From: an uncultured Acetatifactor sp.
GTDB lineage: Bacteria > Bacillota > Clostridia > Lachnospirales > Lachnospiraceae
Direction of reading: 5' to 3'
Length of the DNA stretch: 64,000 bases
Assembly (NCBI GenBank): GCA_944383825.1
Contig: CALWRA010000002.1
Span: 33,259-97,258, forward strand
Shown here: positions 41,309 to 51,269 of the stretch, one piece after another
Layout: every line of letters begins with the position of its first letter
Numbering within the stretch: position 1 is the stretch's first letter
Position numbers and translations under genes: made by a program
Notes under the pieces: model-generated
Databases searched by the model: none
Seen by the model: only the letters and a program-made list of their open reading frames with translations
Told to the model about the DNA's origin: nothing

Positions 41309-41349
41309 GAATGGATGTCTGCGTCAGCAGACAGGAAGGCATAAATATG
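41309..41349 (+). repeat. hairpin-SD leader motif, copy 2 (before cmk)
   Basis: GAATGGA-TGTCTGC-GTCA-GCAGACA-GGAAGG-CATAAAT-ATG. Confidence 0.8.
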
Positions 41350-42030
41350 GGGTTTAACGTTGCAATAGACGGGCCGGCCGGAGCGGGAAAGAGTACTATC
41401 GCAAAGCTGGCGGCAAAAAAACTGAATCTGATCTATGTGGATACCGGGGCAATGTACCGGGCCATGGCGCTTTTCATGCTGAGAGAAGGCGTAAATCCAC
41501 AGGATACGGAAGCTGTGGAAAGGAAATGCAGGGAGGCTGATATTACCATCGGGTATGAGCCCGGTGAGAATGAATCCCGGGAACAGGTAGTATACCTAAA
41601 CGGCGAAAATGTAAACGCTTATCTCAGAACGGAAGCGGTTGGGAATATGGCGTCGGTTGTCAGCGCCCAGCCTGCTGTGCGCAGAAAGCTGGTCGAGTTA
41701 CAGCAAAGACTGGCGGAGGATAAGGACTGCATTATGGACGGAAGAGATATTGGCACATGTGTGCTTCCAGGGGCCCAGGTGAAGGTTTATCTCACAGCTG
41801 ACAGTAGGGTGCGGGCCAAACGGAGGTTTGATGAGCTTTTCCGTAAGGGTCAGACCTGTGATCTGGATCGGGTTCAGGCGGATATTGAGGAGCGGGATTA
41901 CCGGGATATGCACCGGGAAGCGTCGCCTCTGACACAGGCCGAGGACGCTGTTGTGTTGGATACTTCGGAAATGACGATTGAAGAAGCGGCTGCGGAGCTG
42001 ATGCGTCTTTGCAGGGAAAGGCGGAATTGA
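41347..42030 (+). CDS. cmk: cytidylate kinase
   Basis: AIDGPAGAGKST, DTGAMYR, MDGRDIGT, RD..D..RE.SPL. Confidence 0.96.
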   Translation: MGFNVAIDGPAGAGKSTIAKLAAKKLNLIYVDTGAMYRAMALFMLREGVNPQDTEAVERKCREADITIGYEPGENESREQVVYLNGENVNAYLRTEAVGNMASVVSAQPAVRRKLVELQQRLAEDKDCIMDGRDIGTCVLPGAQVKVYLTADSRVRAKRRFDELFRKGQTCDLDRVQADIEERDYRDMHREASPLTQAEDAVVLDTSEMTIEEAAAELMRLCRERRN

Positions 42031-42878
42031 TGGCTGAGATTAGACTTGCACAGTACGCAGGCTTTTGCTTTGGCGTAAAGCGAGCGGTGGATCAGGTGTA
42101 TGAATTGGCGGAAACTGGGAAAACTATATATACCTATGGTCCCATTGTCCACAATGAAGAAGTAGTAAAAGATCTGGAAAAAAAGGGTGTCCGGGTGCTC
42201 GAGAGCAGGGCGGAACTGGAGGATCTTACTTCAGGCTGTGTGGTGATTCGGGCACATGGCGTGTCCAAGGACATATATGAGCTTTTGGAAAAAAAGAAGC
42301 TGGAATATGTGGATGCCACCTGCCCCTTTGTAAAGAGAATCCACAATATCGTGGAAAGCGAGTGTGAAAAGGGCAGGCACATCGTTATCATAGGAAACGC
42401 CGGACATCCGGAGGTAGAAGGTATCATGGGTTGGTGCTCCGGCGCGGATGTGCTGGAGACTCCTGATGAGGCTTTGGAATATATTCCTCCTGAGGGCAGG
42501 GAAATTTGTATTGTGTCTCAAACGACATTTAATTACAATAAATTTCAACATATAGTTGAAATTTTTCAAAAAAAAAGTTATAATGTTAACGTTGTGAATA
42601 CTATCTGTAATGCTACAGAGGAGCGACAGCGTTCCGCCAGGGCTCTTGCGGCAGAAGCGGACGTTATGATTGTGATAGGGGGAAAGCACAGTTCCAATAC
42701 GAGAAAGCTGTATGAAATCTGCAGCCAGGAGTGTGCAAATACCTATTTTATACAGACACTGGATGACTTGCGTTTAGAGCTACCTAAAGCTGTTCGACTA
42801 GTGGGTATTACTGCCGGGGCTTCCACCCCAAATAAATTAATCGAGGAGGTTCAAAATTATGTCAGAATTAACTTTTGA
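42030..42878 (+). CDS. ispH: 4-hydroxy-3-methylbut-2-enyl diphosphate reductase
   Basis: AGFCFGVKRA, IRAHG, DATCPFV, HPEV, TICNAT..RQ, SSNT, TAGASTP. Confidence 0.96.
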   Translation: MAEIRLAQYAGFCFGVKRAVDQVYELAETGKTIYTYGPIVHNEEVVKDLEKKGVRVLESRAELEDLTSGCVVIRAHGVSKDIYELLEKKKLEYVDATCPFVKRIHNIVESECEKGRHIVIIGNAGHPEVEGIMGWCSGADVLETPDEALEYIPPEGREICIVSQTTFNYNKFQHIVEIFQKKSYNVNVVNTICNATEERQRSARALAAEADVMIVIGGKHSSNTRKLYEICSQECANTYFIQTLDDLRLELPKAVRLVGITAGASTPNKLIEEVQNYVRINF

Positions 42879-44007
42879 ACAAATGTTGGAAGAATCATTT
42901 AAGACAATACACGCGGGAGAGGTAGTTGAGGGCACAGTTATCGATGTGAAGCCAGATGAGATTATACTGAACATCGGATACAAGTCGGATGGCATTCTTA
43001 CCAAAAATGAATATTCAAATGATTCCAGTGTTGACCTGACTACAGTAGCAAAGCCCGGGGATACCATGGAAGTGAAAATCCTTAAGGTGAATGACGGAGA
43101 GGGACAGGTTCTGCTTACCTATAAGCGGCTGGCTGCCGACAGAGGCAATAAGAGGATTGAGGAAGCATATAATAATAAAGAGGTGCTGAAGGCTACGGTG
43201 TCTCAGGTTCTCGAGGGCGGCCTTAGCGTCATTGTGGATGAGGTGAGAATTTTTATTCCTGCCAGTCTTGTCTCAGATACCTATGAAAAAGATTTGTCGA
43301 AATATGCGGGACAGGAGATAGAGTTTGTAATCAGCGAATATAATCCCAAAAGAAGAAGATATATCGGTGACCGCAGACAGCTCGTCACAGCAAGGAAGGC
43401 TGAGCTTCAAAAGGAGCTTTTTGCCAGGATCAAGGAAGGAGATGTTGTGGAGGGCGTCGTAAAGAACGTTACGGATTTTGGAGCGTTTATCGATTTGGGC
43501 GGCGCTGACGGGCTTCTTCATATTTCGGAAATGTCCTGGGGAAGAGTGGAGCATCCCAAAAAAGTATTTAAGGTTGGGGACAAGCTCAAAGTATTGATTA
43601 AGGAGATAAACGGCAATAAAATTGCTCTTTCTCTTAAGTTTGACGATTCAAATCCCTGGAAGGATGCGTCTTCCAAGTATGCGGTTGGAAATATCGTCAC
43701 CGGGAAGGTTGCCAGAATGACGGATTTTGGTGCTTTTGTGGAACTTGAACCCGGGGTGGATGCGCTTTTGCATGTATCACAGATAGCGAAAGAGCATGTT
43801 GAAAAGCCTTCCGATGTGCTTGCCATTGGTCAGGAAATTACAGCCAAGGTGGTGGATTTTAATGAAGAGGAGAAGAAGATTTCTCTCAGTATAAAGGCTC
43901 TGCTTGCACCTGAGCCTGCGGAGGAAGCAGAAGAAGCTGACGAGGATGTCGTTTCCGTTGACATTGATGCGGTGATTGCGGCAGAAGCAGATAATACAGA
44001 AGAATAG
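42859..44007 (+). CDS. rpsA: 30S ribosomal protein S1 (four S1 domains)
   Basis: Repeated TDFGAF..L..G.D.LLH.S motifs; own GAGGAGG RBS. Confidence 0.95.
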   Translation: MSELTFEQMLEESFKTIHAGEVVEGTVIDVKPDEIILNIGYKSDGILTKNEYSNDSSVDLTTVAKPGDTMEVKILKVNDGEGQVLLTYKRLAADRGNKRIEEAYNNKEVLKATVSQVLEGGLSVIVDEVRIFIPASLVSDTYEKDLSKYAGQEIEFVISEYNPKRRRYIGDRRQLVTARKAELQKELFARIKEGDVVEGVVKNVTDFGAFIDLGGADGLLHISEMSWGRVEHPKKVFKVGDKLKVLIKEINGNKIALSLKFDDSNPWKDASSKYAVGNIVTGKVARMTDFGAFVELEPGVDALLHVSQIAKEHVEKPSDVLAIGQEITAKVVDFNEEEKKISLSIKALLAPEPAEEAEEADEDVVSVDIDAVIAAEADNTEE

Positions 44008-44031
44008 AATAATGGACAGGGTGGGATTTTC

Positions 44032-44808
44032 ATGGCTTATGATTATGAGTATTTAAAAAAAGAGATATTTGCCCTTACGGCCATTGATCTGAATGCGTAT
44101 AAGGAGAAGCAGATGAAGCGCCGTATCGACACCTTAATTGCAAAGCATAAGATCGTGGGCTACGATAAATATATACATGCTTTGAAAACGGATAAAGCCC
44201 TGTTTGAGGAATTTGTCAGCTATATAACAATTAATGTTTCTGAATTTTACAGAAACCTGGAGCAGTGGAAAATTCTTGACGAAACCATAATTCCGGAGCT
44301 GGTGCAGAAATTTGGCAAAAATTTGAAGGTTTGGAGTGCAGCCTGCTCTACGGGAGACGAGCCTTATTCTCTTGTAATGGCGCTTTCCCGTCATATACCC
44401 CTAAATCAGATCAGGATATATGCCACTGATTTGGATAAGCAGGTAATTGAAAAGGCAAAGGTGGGACTGTATTCAGAAAAGAGCATTGCTTCCGTTCCCT
44501 CGGATATGAAAAGTAAATATTTTACAAAGGTGGGACCTTCTTACAGAATAGCGGATGCTGTCAAAGAGCGGGTGGACTTTAGAGAACATAACCTTTTAAA
44601 AGATTCATATCCCAGCTCATATCACTTGATTGTGTGCAGAAATGTGTTAATATATTTTACGGAGGAGGCCAAGGATGAAGTGTTCCATAAGTTTAATCAA
44701 TCTTTGACCAAGGGTGGAATACTTTTCATTGGGAGCACGGAGCAGATTATGAATTATAGGGAGATAGGCTTTGACAGAAAGAATTCCTTCTTTTATCAAA
44801 AGCCTTGA
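44032..44808 (+). CDS. cheR: chemotaxis protein-glutamate methyltransferase
   Basis: TINVSEFYR, WSAACSTGDEPYS, ATDLD, HNLL, CRNVLIYF. Confidence 0.95.
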   Translation: MAYDYEYLKKEIFALTAIDLNAYKEKQMKRRIDTLIAKHKIVGYDKYIHALKTDKALFEEFVSYITINVSEFYRNLEQWKILDETIIPELVQKFGKNLKVWSAACSTGDEPYSLVMALSRHIPLNQIRIYATDLDKQVIEKAKVGLYSEKSIASVPSDMKSKYFTKVGPSYRIADAVKERVDFREHNLLKDSYPSSYHLIVCRNVLIYFTEEAKDEVFHKFNQSLTKGGILFIGSTEQIMNYREIGFDRKNSFFYQKP

Positions 44809-44845
44809 TGCGGCGGAGAAGTATGAAACGCTGCCGAATGATTAT

Positions 44846-44877
44846 AAAAAAGAACCTGTCTGAACAGGTTCTTTTTT
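44846..44877. terminator. bidirectional terminator
   Basis: AAAAAAGAACCTGT-CTGA-ACAGGTTCTTTTTT. Confidence 0.9.
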
Positions 44878-44910
44878 GTAATAGAAAATTTGAAGCCTAT
44901 CATATTTTTG

Positions 44911-46014
44911 TTAATAAGAGGAGGCGATCATGGTGAGCACATGATTGGAATATGCGGTAAAGGCTTCTCTGTTTTTTTTCATCTCGTCAGTAAGCTCAAA
45001 GAAAAGCTCCCGACTCTTATAGTCCCGTTTGAAAAAGGGCTCAAAGAGAATTTCCCATTGCGGTAGATAACTGGAAAACTTACGGGTGTAGCAGGTGGAG
45101 GCGGACGCCTGAATGCGATGGGCCTTGTCCACGAATCCGGCTACAGATTTATGAAGAGCCATGTCCTCTTCGGGAAGATAATAATAATCTCTGTAGTTTG
45201 AGTAGAAATATTTTAATTCCTCCTCATAGATCGGAACCTTCAAAGAGGCTGAGTTTTCCTCTCCTCTGAAATAACAGCCTGATGCGGAGGCTGCTACAGG
45301 CTTTGGAAGAGGAGTGGGAGGAATCAGGGTGATGATCAGCTCTTTTCTGCGGTTGCCGTTGACATCGCGATAGGAATTGGCCTGTACTTTTTTGGCTCTG
45401 GGAGAGCCGTTAAGCAGATCATAATAGGCAAGCAGGGGAAGAATTTCCAGCATGCCCCTGAGATCGTCGGCGTTGTGCAGAAAAAGGGCCTTCTGTGCAT
45501 ATTCATTCGGCGATTTTACATATTCATGATAAGTGCCGATAAGCTCTCCTCCTGAAAAAGCATCTTCACGGTTTATGCCCAGAAACCGCTCCAAGGTTTT
45601 CTGCTTGCAGTTGGGAAGTTTAAGGAAATATTTATAGGGACTGATTCTTTTGTAAAGATCAAAACCCTTGAGTTCCTTGAAGCTGTGGTTCAGGGAAAGC
45701 TGACGGCATTTCTGCTCTATAAAGGGAAGGTCAAAATTATTGCCGTTAAAATGTATGAGATATTTATACGATCCGGCAAATTCAAAAAAAGCCTTCAGGA
45801 TGGCGGATTCCTGGCCGTAATCCTCGGCGAGCCACTGTATTGTGCGCCATTTGCCCGCCTGGTGATATGCGCAGCCGATCAGATAGAGATAAGAGGATTT
45901 TGCAGTAAATCCGGTGGTTTCAATATCCAAAAACAATATGCGCTCCAGAGGCGCAAGCTTTTCCAAGGGATAGGATATGGAAAAATTATCTAATGTTTCC
46001 TGAGAAATTATCAT
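44911..46014 (-). CDS. YprB-like RNase H-fold (DEDD) exonuclease domain protein
   Basis: FLDIETTG, FNG..FDLPFI, HN.DD; GGAGG RBS. Confidence 0.85.
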   Translation of the reverse strand: MIISQETLDNFSISYPLEKLAPLERILFLDIETTGFTAKSSYLYLIGCAYHQAGKWRTIQWLAEDYGQESAILKAFFEFAGSYKYLIHFNGNNFDLPFIEQKCRQLSLNHSFKELKGFDLYKRISPYKYFLKLPNCKQKTLERFLGINREDAFSGGELIGTYHEYVKSPNEYAQKALFLHNADDLRGMLEILPLLAYYDLLNGSPRAKKVQANSYRDVNGNRRKELIITLIPPTPLPKPVAASASGCYFRGEENSASLKVPIYEEELKYFYSNYRDYYYLPEEDMALHKSVAGFVDKAHRIQASASTCYTRKFSSYLPQWEILFEPFFKRDYKSRELFFELTDEMKKNREAFTAYSNHVLTMIASSY

Positions 46015-46162
46015 AGGCTCCTCCGACTAATGGTTTAATACTGTACAGATATTGTATTTATCATAGCATAAATTTTAAATTTGCAGTAGTATTTTATTGA
46101 AAAAAATAGTATATTTAAATTACGACCGCGAGCAGGCGGACATACGGAAAGGATGAGAACAT

Positions 46163-47488
46163 ATGGCGAGGTTAACTTTTACCGGGGGCATTCATCCTTA
46201 TGATGGCAAGGAGCTGTCAAAGGACAAGCCTATTCAGGAGATACTTCCCAAGGGAGAATTGGTGTATCCTCTGTCACAGCATATTGGAGCTCCGGCAAAG
46301 CCCATTGTGGCAAAAGGGGACAGAGTTTTGGCAGGCCAGAAAATAGCGGAGAGCGTAGGCTTTGTTTCGGCGCCCGTGCATGCCTCTGTTTCCGGAACCG
46401 TAAAGAGTATAGAGCCCAGAAGAGTGGTAACCGGCGAACAGGTTATGAGCATCATCGTAGAAAACGATGGACTTTATGAGGATGTGGGGTTTTATCCTGT
46501 TGCGCCTGTGGAGAAACTGGACCGGGAAGAAATTCTTCAAATCATTAATGAAGCGGGCATCGTGGGAATGGGAGGAGCAGGATTTCCCACTCATGTAAAG
46601 CTTTCTCCTAAAGAGCCCAGGAAAATAGAATATGTCATTGCAAACTGTGCGGAGTGTGAACCGTATTTAACCTCCGATTACCGGAGAATGAAGGAGGAGC
46701 CGGATAAGCTGATCGGAGGCTTGAAAATGCTTCTGAAGCTATTCGGAAACGCTCAGGGCATTTTGGCGGTGGAAGATAACAAGCCTGACTGCGTTGCCCT
46801 GTTGAAGCAGCTTACAAGGGATGAAAAACGACTCAGTGTAAGAGCTCTGAAAACCAAATACCCTCAGGGAGCGGAAAGACAGCTCATTTATGCCGTCACC
46901 GGCAGAAAGATCAATTCTTCCATGCTTCCTGCAGATGTGGGATGCGTGGTAAACAATGTAGATACGCTGGTGTCGGTGTTCAGAGCCGTAGCTGAGGGCA
47001 GACCTCTTATGGAGCGAATTGTTACCGTGACTGGAGATGCAATTGTCAATCCCAGAAATTTCAGAGTGAGGATCGGAACAAATTACAGGGAGCTGGCAGA
47101 GGAGGCCGGGGGTTTTCGGGGAGAGCCGGCAAAGATTATCTGCGGAGGTCCCATGATGGGATTTGGTATGTTTGATCTGAATGTGCCTGTATCTAAGACA
47201 TCCACGGCGCTGATTGCTTTGTCAAAGGATGAGGTGTCCGCGCTGGAACCCGGGCCTTGCATCAATTGCGGAAGATGCGTTGAGGTGTGTCCTGGAAGGA
47301 TTGTTCCCAGTCTTTTGGCAGATTATGCGGAACGGTTTGACGAGGAAGCGTTTTTGAAGCATAACGGCTTGGAATGCTGTGAATGCGGATGCTGCAGCTA
47401 TATTTGTCCGGCGAAGCGCCATTTGACCCAGGAGATTAAGTCCATGCGGAAAATACAGCTTGCAAAGAAAAAACAGGCGGGGAGGTAG
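46163..47488 (+). CDS. rnfC: Rnf complex subunit C
   Basis: QHIGAPA, G.GGAGFP, N.AECEPY, YPQG.E, two CxxCxxCxxxCP motifs. Confidence 0.95.
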   Translation: MARLTFTGGIHPYDGKELSKDKPIQEILPKGELVYPLSQHIGAPAKPIVAKGDRVLAGQKIAESVGFVSAPVHASVSGTVKSIEPRRVVTGEQVMSIIVENDGLYEDVGFYPVAPVEKLDREEILQIINEAGIVGMGGAGFPTHVKLSPKEPRKIEYVIANCAECEPYLTSDYRRMKEEPDKLIGGLKMLLKLFGNAQGILAVEDNKPDCVALLKQLTRDEKRLSVRALKTKYPQGAERQLIYAVTGRKINSSMLPADVGCVVNNVDTLVSVFRAVAEGRPLMERIVTVTGDAIVNPRNFRVRIGTNYRELAEEAGGFRGEPAKIICGGPMMGFGMFDLNVPVSKTSTALIALSKDEVSALEPGPCINCGRCVEVCPGRIVPSLLADYAERFDEEAFLKHNGLECCECGCCSYICPAKRHLTQEIKSMRKIQLAKKKQAGR

Positions 47489-47493
47489 AAGCA

Positions 47494-48438
47494 GTGAATT
47501 TACGAATGAAGATATCATCCAATCCTCATATCCGCTCCCGTGTTACCACAAATGGGATTATGGCGGCGGTAATCATTTCCCTTTTGCCGGCCGCAGGCTT
47601 TGGCATTTATAATTTTGGTTCCAGAGCAGCGGCAGTGATTTTGGTGACTGTGGCAAGCACGGTGCTGACGGAATTTTTATTCGGACTTTATAAGAAAAAG
47701 ACGACCATAACGGATCTTTCCGCGGTGGTAACCGGACTTTTGCTGGCGCTGAATCTGCCTGTGAATCTGCCCCTGTGGATGGCTGTGCTGGGCGGTATAT
47801 TCGCCATTCTTGTAGTGAAAATGCTGTTTGGAGGTCTGGGGCAGAATTTTATGAATCCGGCGCTTGCGGCAAGGTGCTTTTTGCTGATTTCCTTTCCGGC
47901 CCAGATGACAAATTTTGAATATGACGCTTACACTGGAGCAACCCCCCTGGCTTCGCTGAAGGCGGGAGAGAGTGTGGATGTGTTGGATATGGTGATCGGG
48001 CGGACCGCCGGAACCATAGGAGAGACTTCCATGATCGCTCTGATTGTAGGCGCTTGCTTTTTGATTTTGCTGGGGATTATTGACCTGCGTATTCCCGGGA
48101 GTTATATTGTGAGCTTTGTTTTGTTTGCAGGAATTTTCGGAGGACGTGGCTTTGATCCGGCTTATTTGTCGGCTCAGGTCGCAGGCGGAGGCCTGATGCT
48201 GGGAGCCTTTTTTATGGCTACAGATTATGTGACCCGGCCTATTACCCCCAAGGGACAGTATCTTTTTGGTATTTTTCTTGGAATCATGACGGGGATATTC
48301 CGTATTTTCGGACCTGGCGCCGAGGGAGTGTCTTATGCTATTATTTTGGGAAATCTGCTGGTTCCCCTGATTGAAAAATGCACCATGCCGAGGGCTTTTG
48401 GTGTGAAAAGAGCCTTCAGACAGGGAGGTGGATCATGA
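47494..48438 (+). CDS. rnfD: Rnf complex subunit D
   Basis: SSNPHIR, KMLFGGLGQNFMNPA, FMN-site GATPL, GETS, FMATD. Confidence 0.95.
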   Translation: MNLRMKISSNPHIRSRVTTNGIMAAVIISLLPAAGFGIYNFGSRAAAVILVTVASTVLTEFLFGLYKKKTTITDLSAVVTGLLLALNLPVNLPLWMAVLGGIFAILVVKMLFGGLGQNFMNPALAARCFLLISFPAQMTNFEYDAYTGATPLASLKAGESVDVLDMVIGRTAGTIGETSMIALIVGACFLILLGIIDLRIPGSYIVSFVLFAGIFGGRGFDPAYLSAQVAGGGLMLGAFFMATDYVTRPITPKGQYLFGIFLGIMTGIFRIFGPGAEGVSYAIILGNLLVPLIEKCTMPRAFGVKRAFRQGGGS

Positions 48439-49058
48439 ATAGCAACAAGGATATAGCAGTCATGCTGAAAGAAGCAGGCATTTTATTTGCCATTACCCTG
48501 CTTTCGGGACTGATTTTAGGTTTTGTGTATGAGCTCACAAAGGAGCCTATCCGTATTCAGGAGGAAAGGGCGATTCAGGAGGCATGCTCCGAGGTTTTTG
48601 AAAGTGCGGCACAATTTGAGGAGATTACCTATACACTGAGCGGAGAGCTTTCCCAGGAGCTGACGGCTGACGGCGTGGAGATCGGAAGTGTGTTTGAGGC
48701 TCTGGGAACGGACGGGGGGCTGCTTGGATACGTGGTTCAGACCACGTCAACCGAAGGCTATGGAGGCAATATTGTGCTTTATATGGGAGTTACTCTGGAG
48801 GGAACGCTGAACGGTATTTCCATACTGGAAATCGCTGAAACGCCGGGGCTTGGCATGAAGGCTGAGGATGAGCTGGCCCCCCAGTTTCAGAACAAGCAGG
48901 CGGCTGCCTTTACTTATACGAAAACCGGCAGCGCTTCGGACAGTGAAATTGACGCCATTAGCGGAGCAACCATCACCACGGAGGCTGTTACAAATGCCGT
49001 AAATGGCGGACTGAAAACAGTGGAAGTATTAAGGCAGGGAGGTGAAAGCGGTGAATAA
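48435..49058 (+). CDS. rnfG: Rnf complex subunit G
   Basis: N-terminal TM, GYGG, ETPGLG, FMN-site ISGATIT. Confidence 0.93.
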   Translation: MNSNKDIAVMLKEAGILFAITLLSGLILGFVYELTKEPIRIQEERAIQEACSEVFESAAQFEEITYTLSGELSQELTADGVEIGSVFEALGTDGGLLGYVVQTTSTEGYGGNIVLYMGVTLEGTLNGISILEIAETPGLGMKAEDELAPQFQNKQAAAFTYTKTGSASDSEIDAISGATITTEAVTNAVNGGLKTVEVLRQGGESGE

Positions 49059-49806
49059 AGCAGGTGAAAGACTTTTTAACGGAATCATTAAAGAGAATCC
49101 GACCTTTGTTCTCACACTGGGCATGTGTCCTACCCTGGCGGTGACTACTTCTGCGGTAAACGGACTGGGAATGGGACTTACTACCGCAGCGGTGCTGGCG
49201 ATGAGCAATTTGATTATTTCCATTTTGCGCAAACTGATTCCTGACAGAGTGAGGATTCCTGCATTTATTGTGATTATTGCGTCCTTCGTGACGGTGCTTC
49301 AGCTGCTTTTGGAGGCTTATTTGCCGGAATTAAATTCTTCATTGGGAGTGTATATTCCTCTCATTGTGGTAAATTGCATTATTTTAGGCCGTGCGGAGAG
49401 CTATGCCTATTTTAATTCCCCCATCCCATCGTTGTTTGATGGATTGGGCATGGGGCTGGGCTTTACCTGCTCCCTTACCTGCATCGGTGCTGTCCGGGAA
49501 ATTTTGGGGGAGGGATCGTTTTTTGGACTTGAGCTGATGCCGGAATCTTATACGCCCGTCACCATTTTTATCCTGGCTCCGGGAGCCTTCTTTGTTCTGG
49601 CCATGCTTTCGGCTTTACAGAATTATATAAAAAATTCTGCAAAGCGGGCGGGAAAAAACATGCAGAAGCTTTCTGCAGACTGTGGTGAGGACTGTGCAGG
49701 CTGCGGCGGGGGAGGATGCGTTCATAAGTTTTATGATGCGTCTCCCAGAACCGGGAAGGAAGAGAACGTCACGGAAATAATGGATCTGGAAAAGGAGGAG
49801 AAATAA
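49051..49806 (+). CDS. rnfE: Rnf complex subunit E with a Cys-rich C-terminal extension
   Basis: ENP......GMCP.LAV, RIP.FI, PLIVVNC..LGRAE; start GTG 49051 (or 49042). Confidence 0.93.
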   Translation: MNKAGERLFNGIIKENPTFVLTLGMCPTLAVTTSAVNGLGMGLTTAAVLAMSNLIISILRKLIPDRVRIPAFIVIIASFVTVLQLLLEAYLPELNSSLGVYIPLIVVNCIILGRAESYAYFNSPIPSLFDGLGMGLGFTCSLTCIGAVREILGEGSFFGLELMPESYTPVTIFILAPGAFFVLAMLSALQNYIKNSAKRAGKNMQKLSADCGEDCAGCGGGGCVHKFYDASPRTGKEENVTEIMDLEKEEK

Positions 49807-50391
49807 ATGGAGAGTGTGAGTGAATTATTGATTCTGCTGATTGGCTCTTCTCTGGTGAGCAATGTGGTGCTAAGCCAGTTTCTCGGACTGTGTCCTTTTT
49901 TGGGAGTATCGAAAAAGACCAATACGGCGCTTGGAATGGGAACGGCAGTCATCTTTGTCATTACCCTTGCCAGCGCGGTGGCCGGGGTCATTTACAAATA
50001 CGTGCTGCAGAGGTTTCAGATTGAATATCTTCAGACCATTGTTTTCATTCTTGTGATCGCGGCGCTTGTACAGTTTGTAGAAATGTTTTTGAAGAAGGCC
50101 ATGCCCGGGCTGTATAAGGCGCTTGGGGTTTATCTTCCCTTAATCACTACCAACTGTGCGGTATTGGGAGTTGCGCTGACCAATGTACAGCAGGAATACG
50201 GTATTGTGGCGGGCATTGTAAACGGGTTTGCGACAGCGGCAGGCTTTACCATCTCTATTGTAATTCTTGCAGGGCTGCGTGAAAAAATGGCGAATAATGA
50301 TGTGCCGGAGTCTTTTCGGGGAATGCCCATGGTACTTTTGACGGCGGGGCTTATGGCAATTGCGTTCTGCGGATTTTCCGGACTTCTGTAG
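49807..50391 (+). CDS. rnfA: Rnf complex subunit A
   Basis: QFLGLCPFLG, LPLITTNCAVLG, GLRE. Confidence 0.95.
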   Translation: MESVSELLILLIGSSLVSNVVLSQFLGLCPFLGVSKKTNTALGMGTAVIFVITLASAVAGVIYKYVLQRFQIEYLQTIVFILVIAALVQFVEMFLKKAMPGLYKALGVYLPLITTNCAVLGVALTNVQQEYGIVAGIVNGFATAAGFTISIVILAGLREKMANNDVPESFRGMPMVLLTAGLMAIAFCGFSGLL

Positions 50392-50406
50392 GAGGGAGAG
50401 CGGCGT

Positions 50407-51204
50407 ATGAGTATAACTGGAATTGTTACGGCGGCGGTCGTAGTAGGGATTGTAGGTATTTTTGTGGGACTCTTCCTGGGAGTGGCAGGCCTTAAATTTA
50501 AGGTGGAGACGGATGAGAGAGAAGAAGCAGTGTTGGCGGCGCTTCCCGGGAATAACTGCGGCGGCTGCGGATTTGCAGGCTGCTCGGGACTTGCGGCGGC
50601 CATTGTAAAAGGGGAGGCTCCAGTGAATGCCTGTCCTGTTGGAGGGGAAGCGGTGGGTAAGGCCATCGGAAAGATCATGGGGGTGGATGCGGCAGAATCC
50701 AAAAAAATAGTAGCTTTTGTCCATTGCCAGGGGGATTGTGAAAAAGCCGGGACGGATTATGACTATTGCGGAGCTGAGGACTGCCGTATTATGAGCTTTG
50801 TACCCGGAGGAGGGCCAAAGACCTGCAGCAGCGGGTGCCTGGGATTTGGATCCTGTGTGAAGGAGTGTCCCTTTGACGCCATTCATGTGGTAAAGGGTGT
50901 GGCGGTAGTGGACAGAGAACAGTGTAAAGCATGCGGCAAATGTGTTCAGGCGTGTCCCCGGCATTTGATTTCGCTGATTCCCTACGAGGCAAAGGTGGCA
51001 GTGGCCTGCAGCTCGGCGGAAAAGGGGCCTGTGGCTGTGAAAGCCTGTCAGACAAGCTGTGTGGGCTGCGGCGTCTGTGTGAAAGCCTGCCCGCGGCAGG
51101 CTGTGAAGCTGGAAAATTTCCATGCTGTGATTGATCAGGAAAAGTGTGTGGGCTGCGGTATCTGTGAACAGAAGTGCCCAAGAAAGGCAATTGTAAGAAT
51201 CTGA
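50407..51204 (+). CDS. rnfB: Rnf complex subunit B
   Basis: LPG.NCG.CG..GC and multiple ferredoxin CxxCxxCxxxCP motifs. Confidence 0.95.
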   Translation: MSITGIVTAAVVVGIVGIFVGLFLGVAGLKFKVETDEREEAVLAALPGNNCGGCGFAGCSGLAAAIVKGEAPVNACPVGGEAVGKAIGKIMGVDAAESKKIVAFVHCQGDCEKAGTDYDYCGAEDCRIMSFVPGGGPKTCSSGCLGFGSCVKECPFDAIHVVKGVAVVDREQCKACGKCVQACPRHLISLIPYEAKVAVACSSAEKGPVAVKACQTSCVGCGVCVKACPRQAVKLENFHAVIDQEKCVGCGICEQKCPRKAIVRI

Positions 51205-51228
51205 TTTTAATATAAGAAGAATAGTCAT

Positions 51229-51269
51229 GAATTGATGCCCGCTGAAGCGGATAGGGAGGTGTAAATATG
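51229..51269 (+). repeat. hairpin-SD leader motif, copy 3 (before the GH25 gene)
   Basis: GAATTGA-TGCCCGC-TGAA-GCGGATA-GGGAGG-TGTAAAT-ATG. Confidence 0.8.

Noticed and set aside
42859-42878. ispH/rpsA 20-nt overlap as a frameshifted IspH-S1 fusion
   Set aside because: rpsA has its own strong GAGGAGG and ATG and both ORFs are full length. The A9 run at 42568-42576 is in frame and far from the junction.
44032-44808. cheR far from other chemotaxis genes
   Set aside because: A stand-alone cheR among housekeeping genes is ordinary in Firmicutes.
44911-46014. YprB-like exonuclease as partner of the helicase at 493-3168 (MrfAB-like)
   Set aside because: They are 42 kb apart, and the helicase lacks the C-terminal Cys cluster expected of MrfA-type enzymes.
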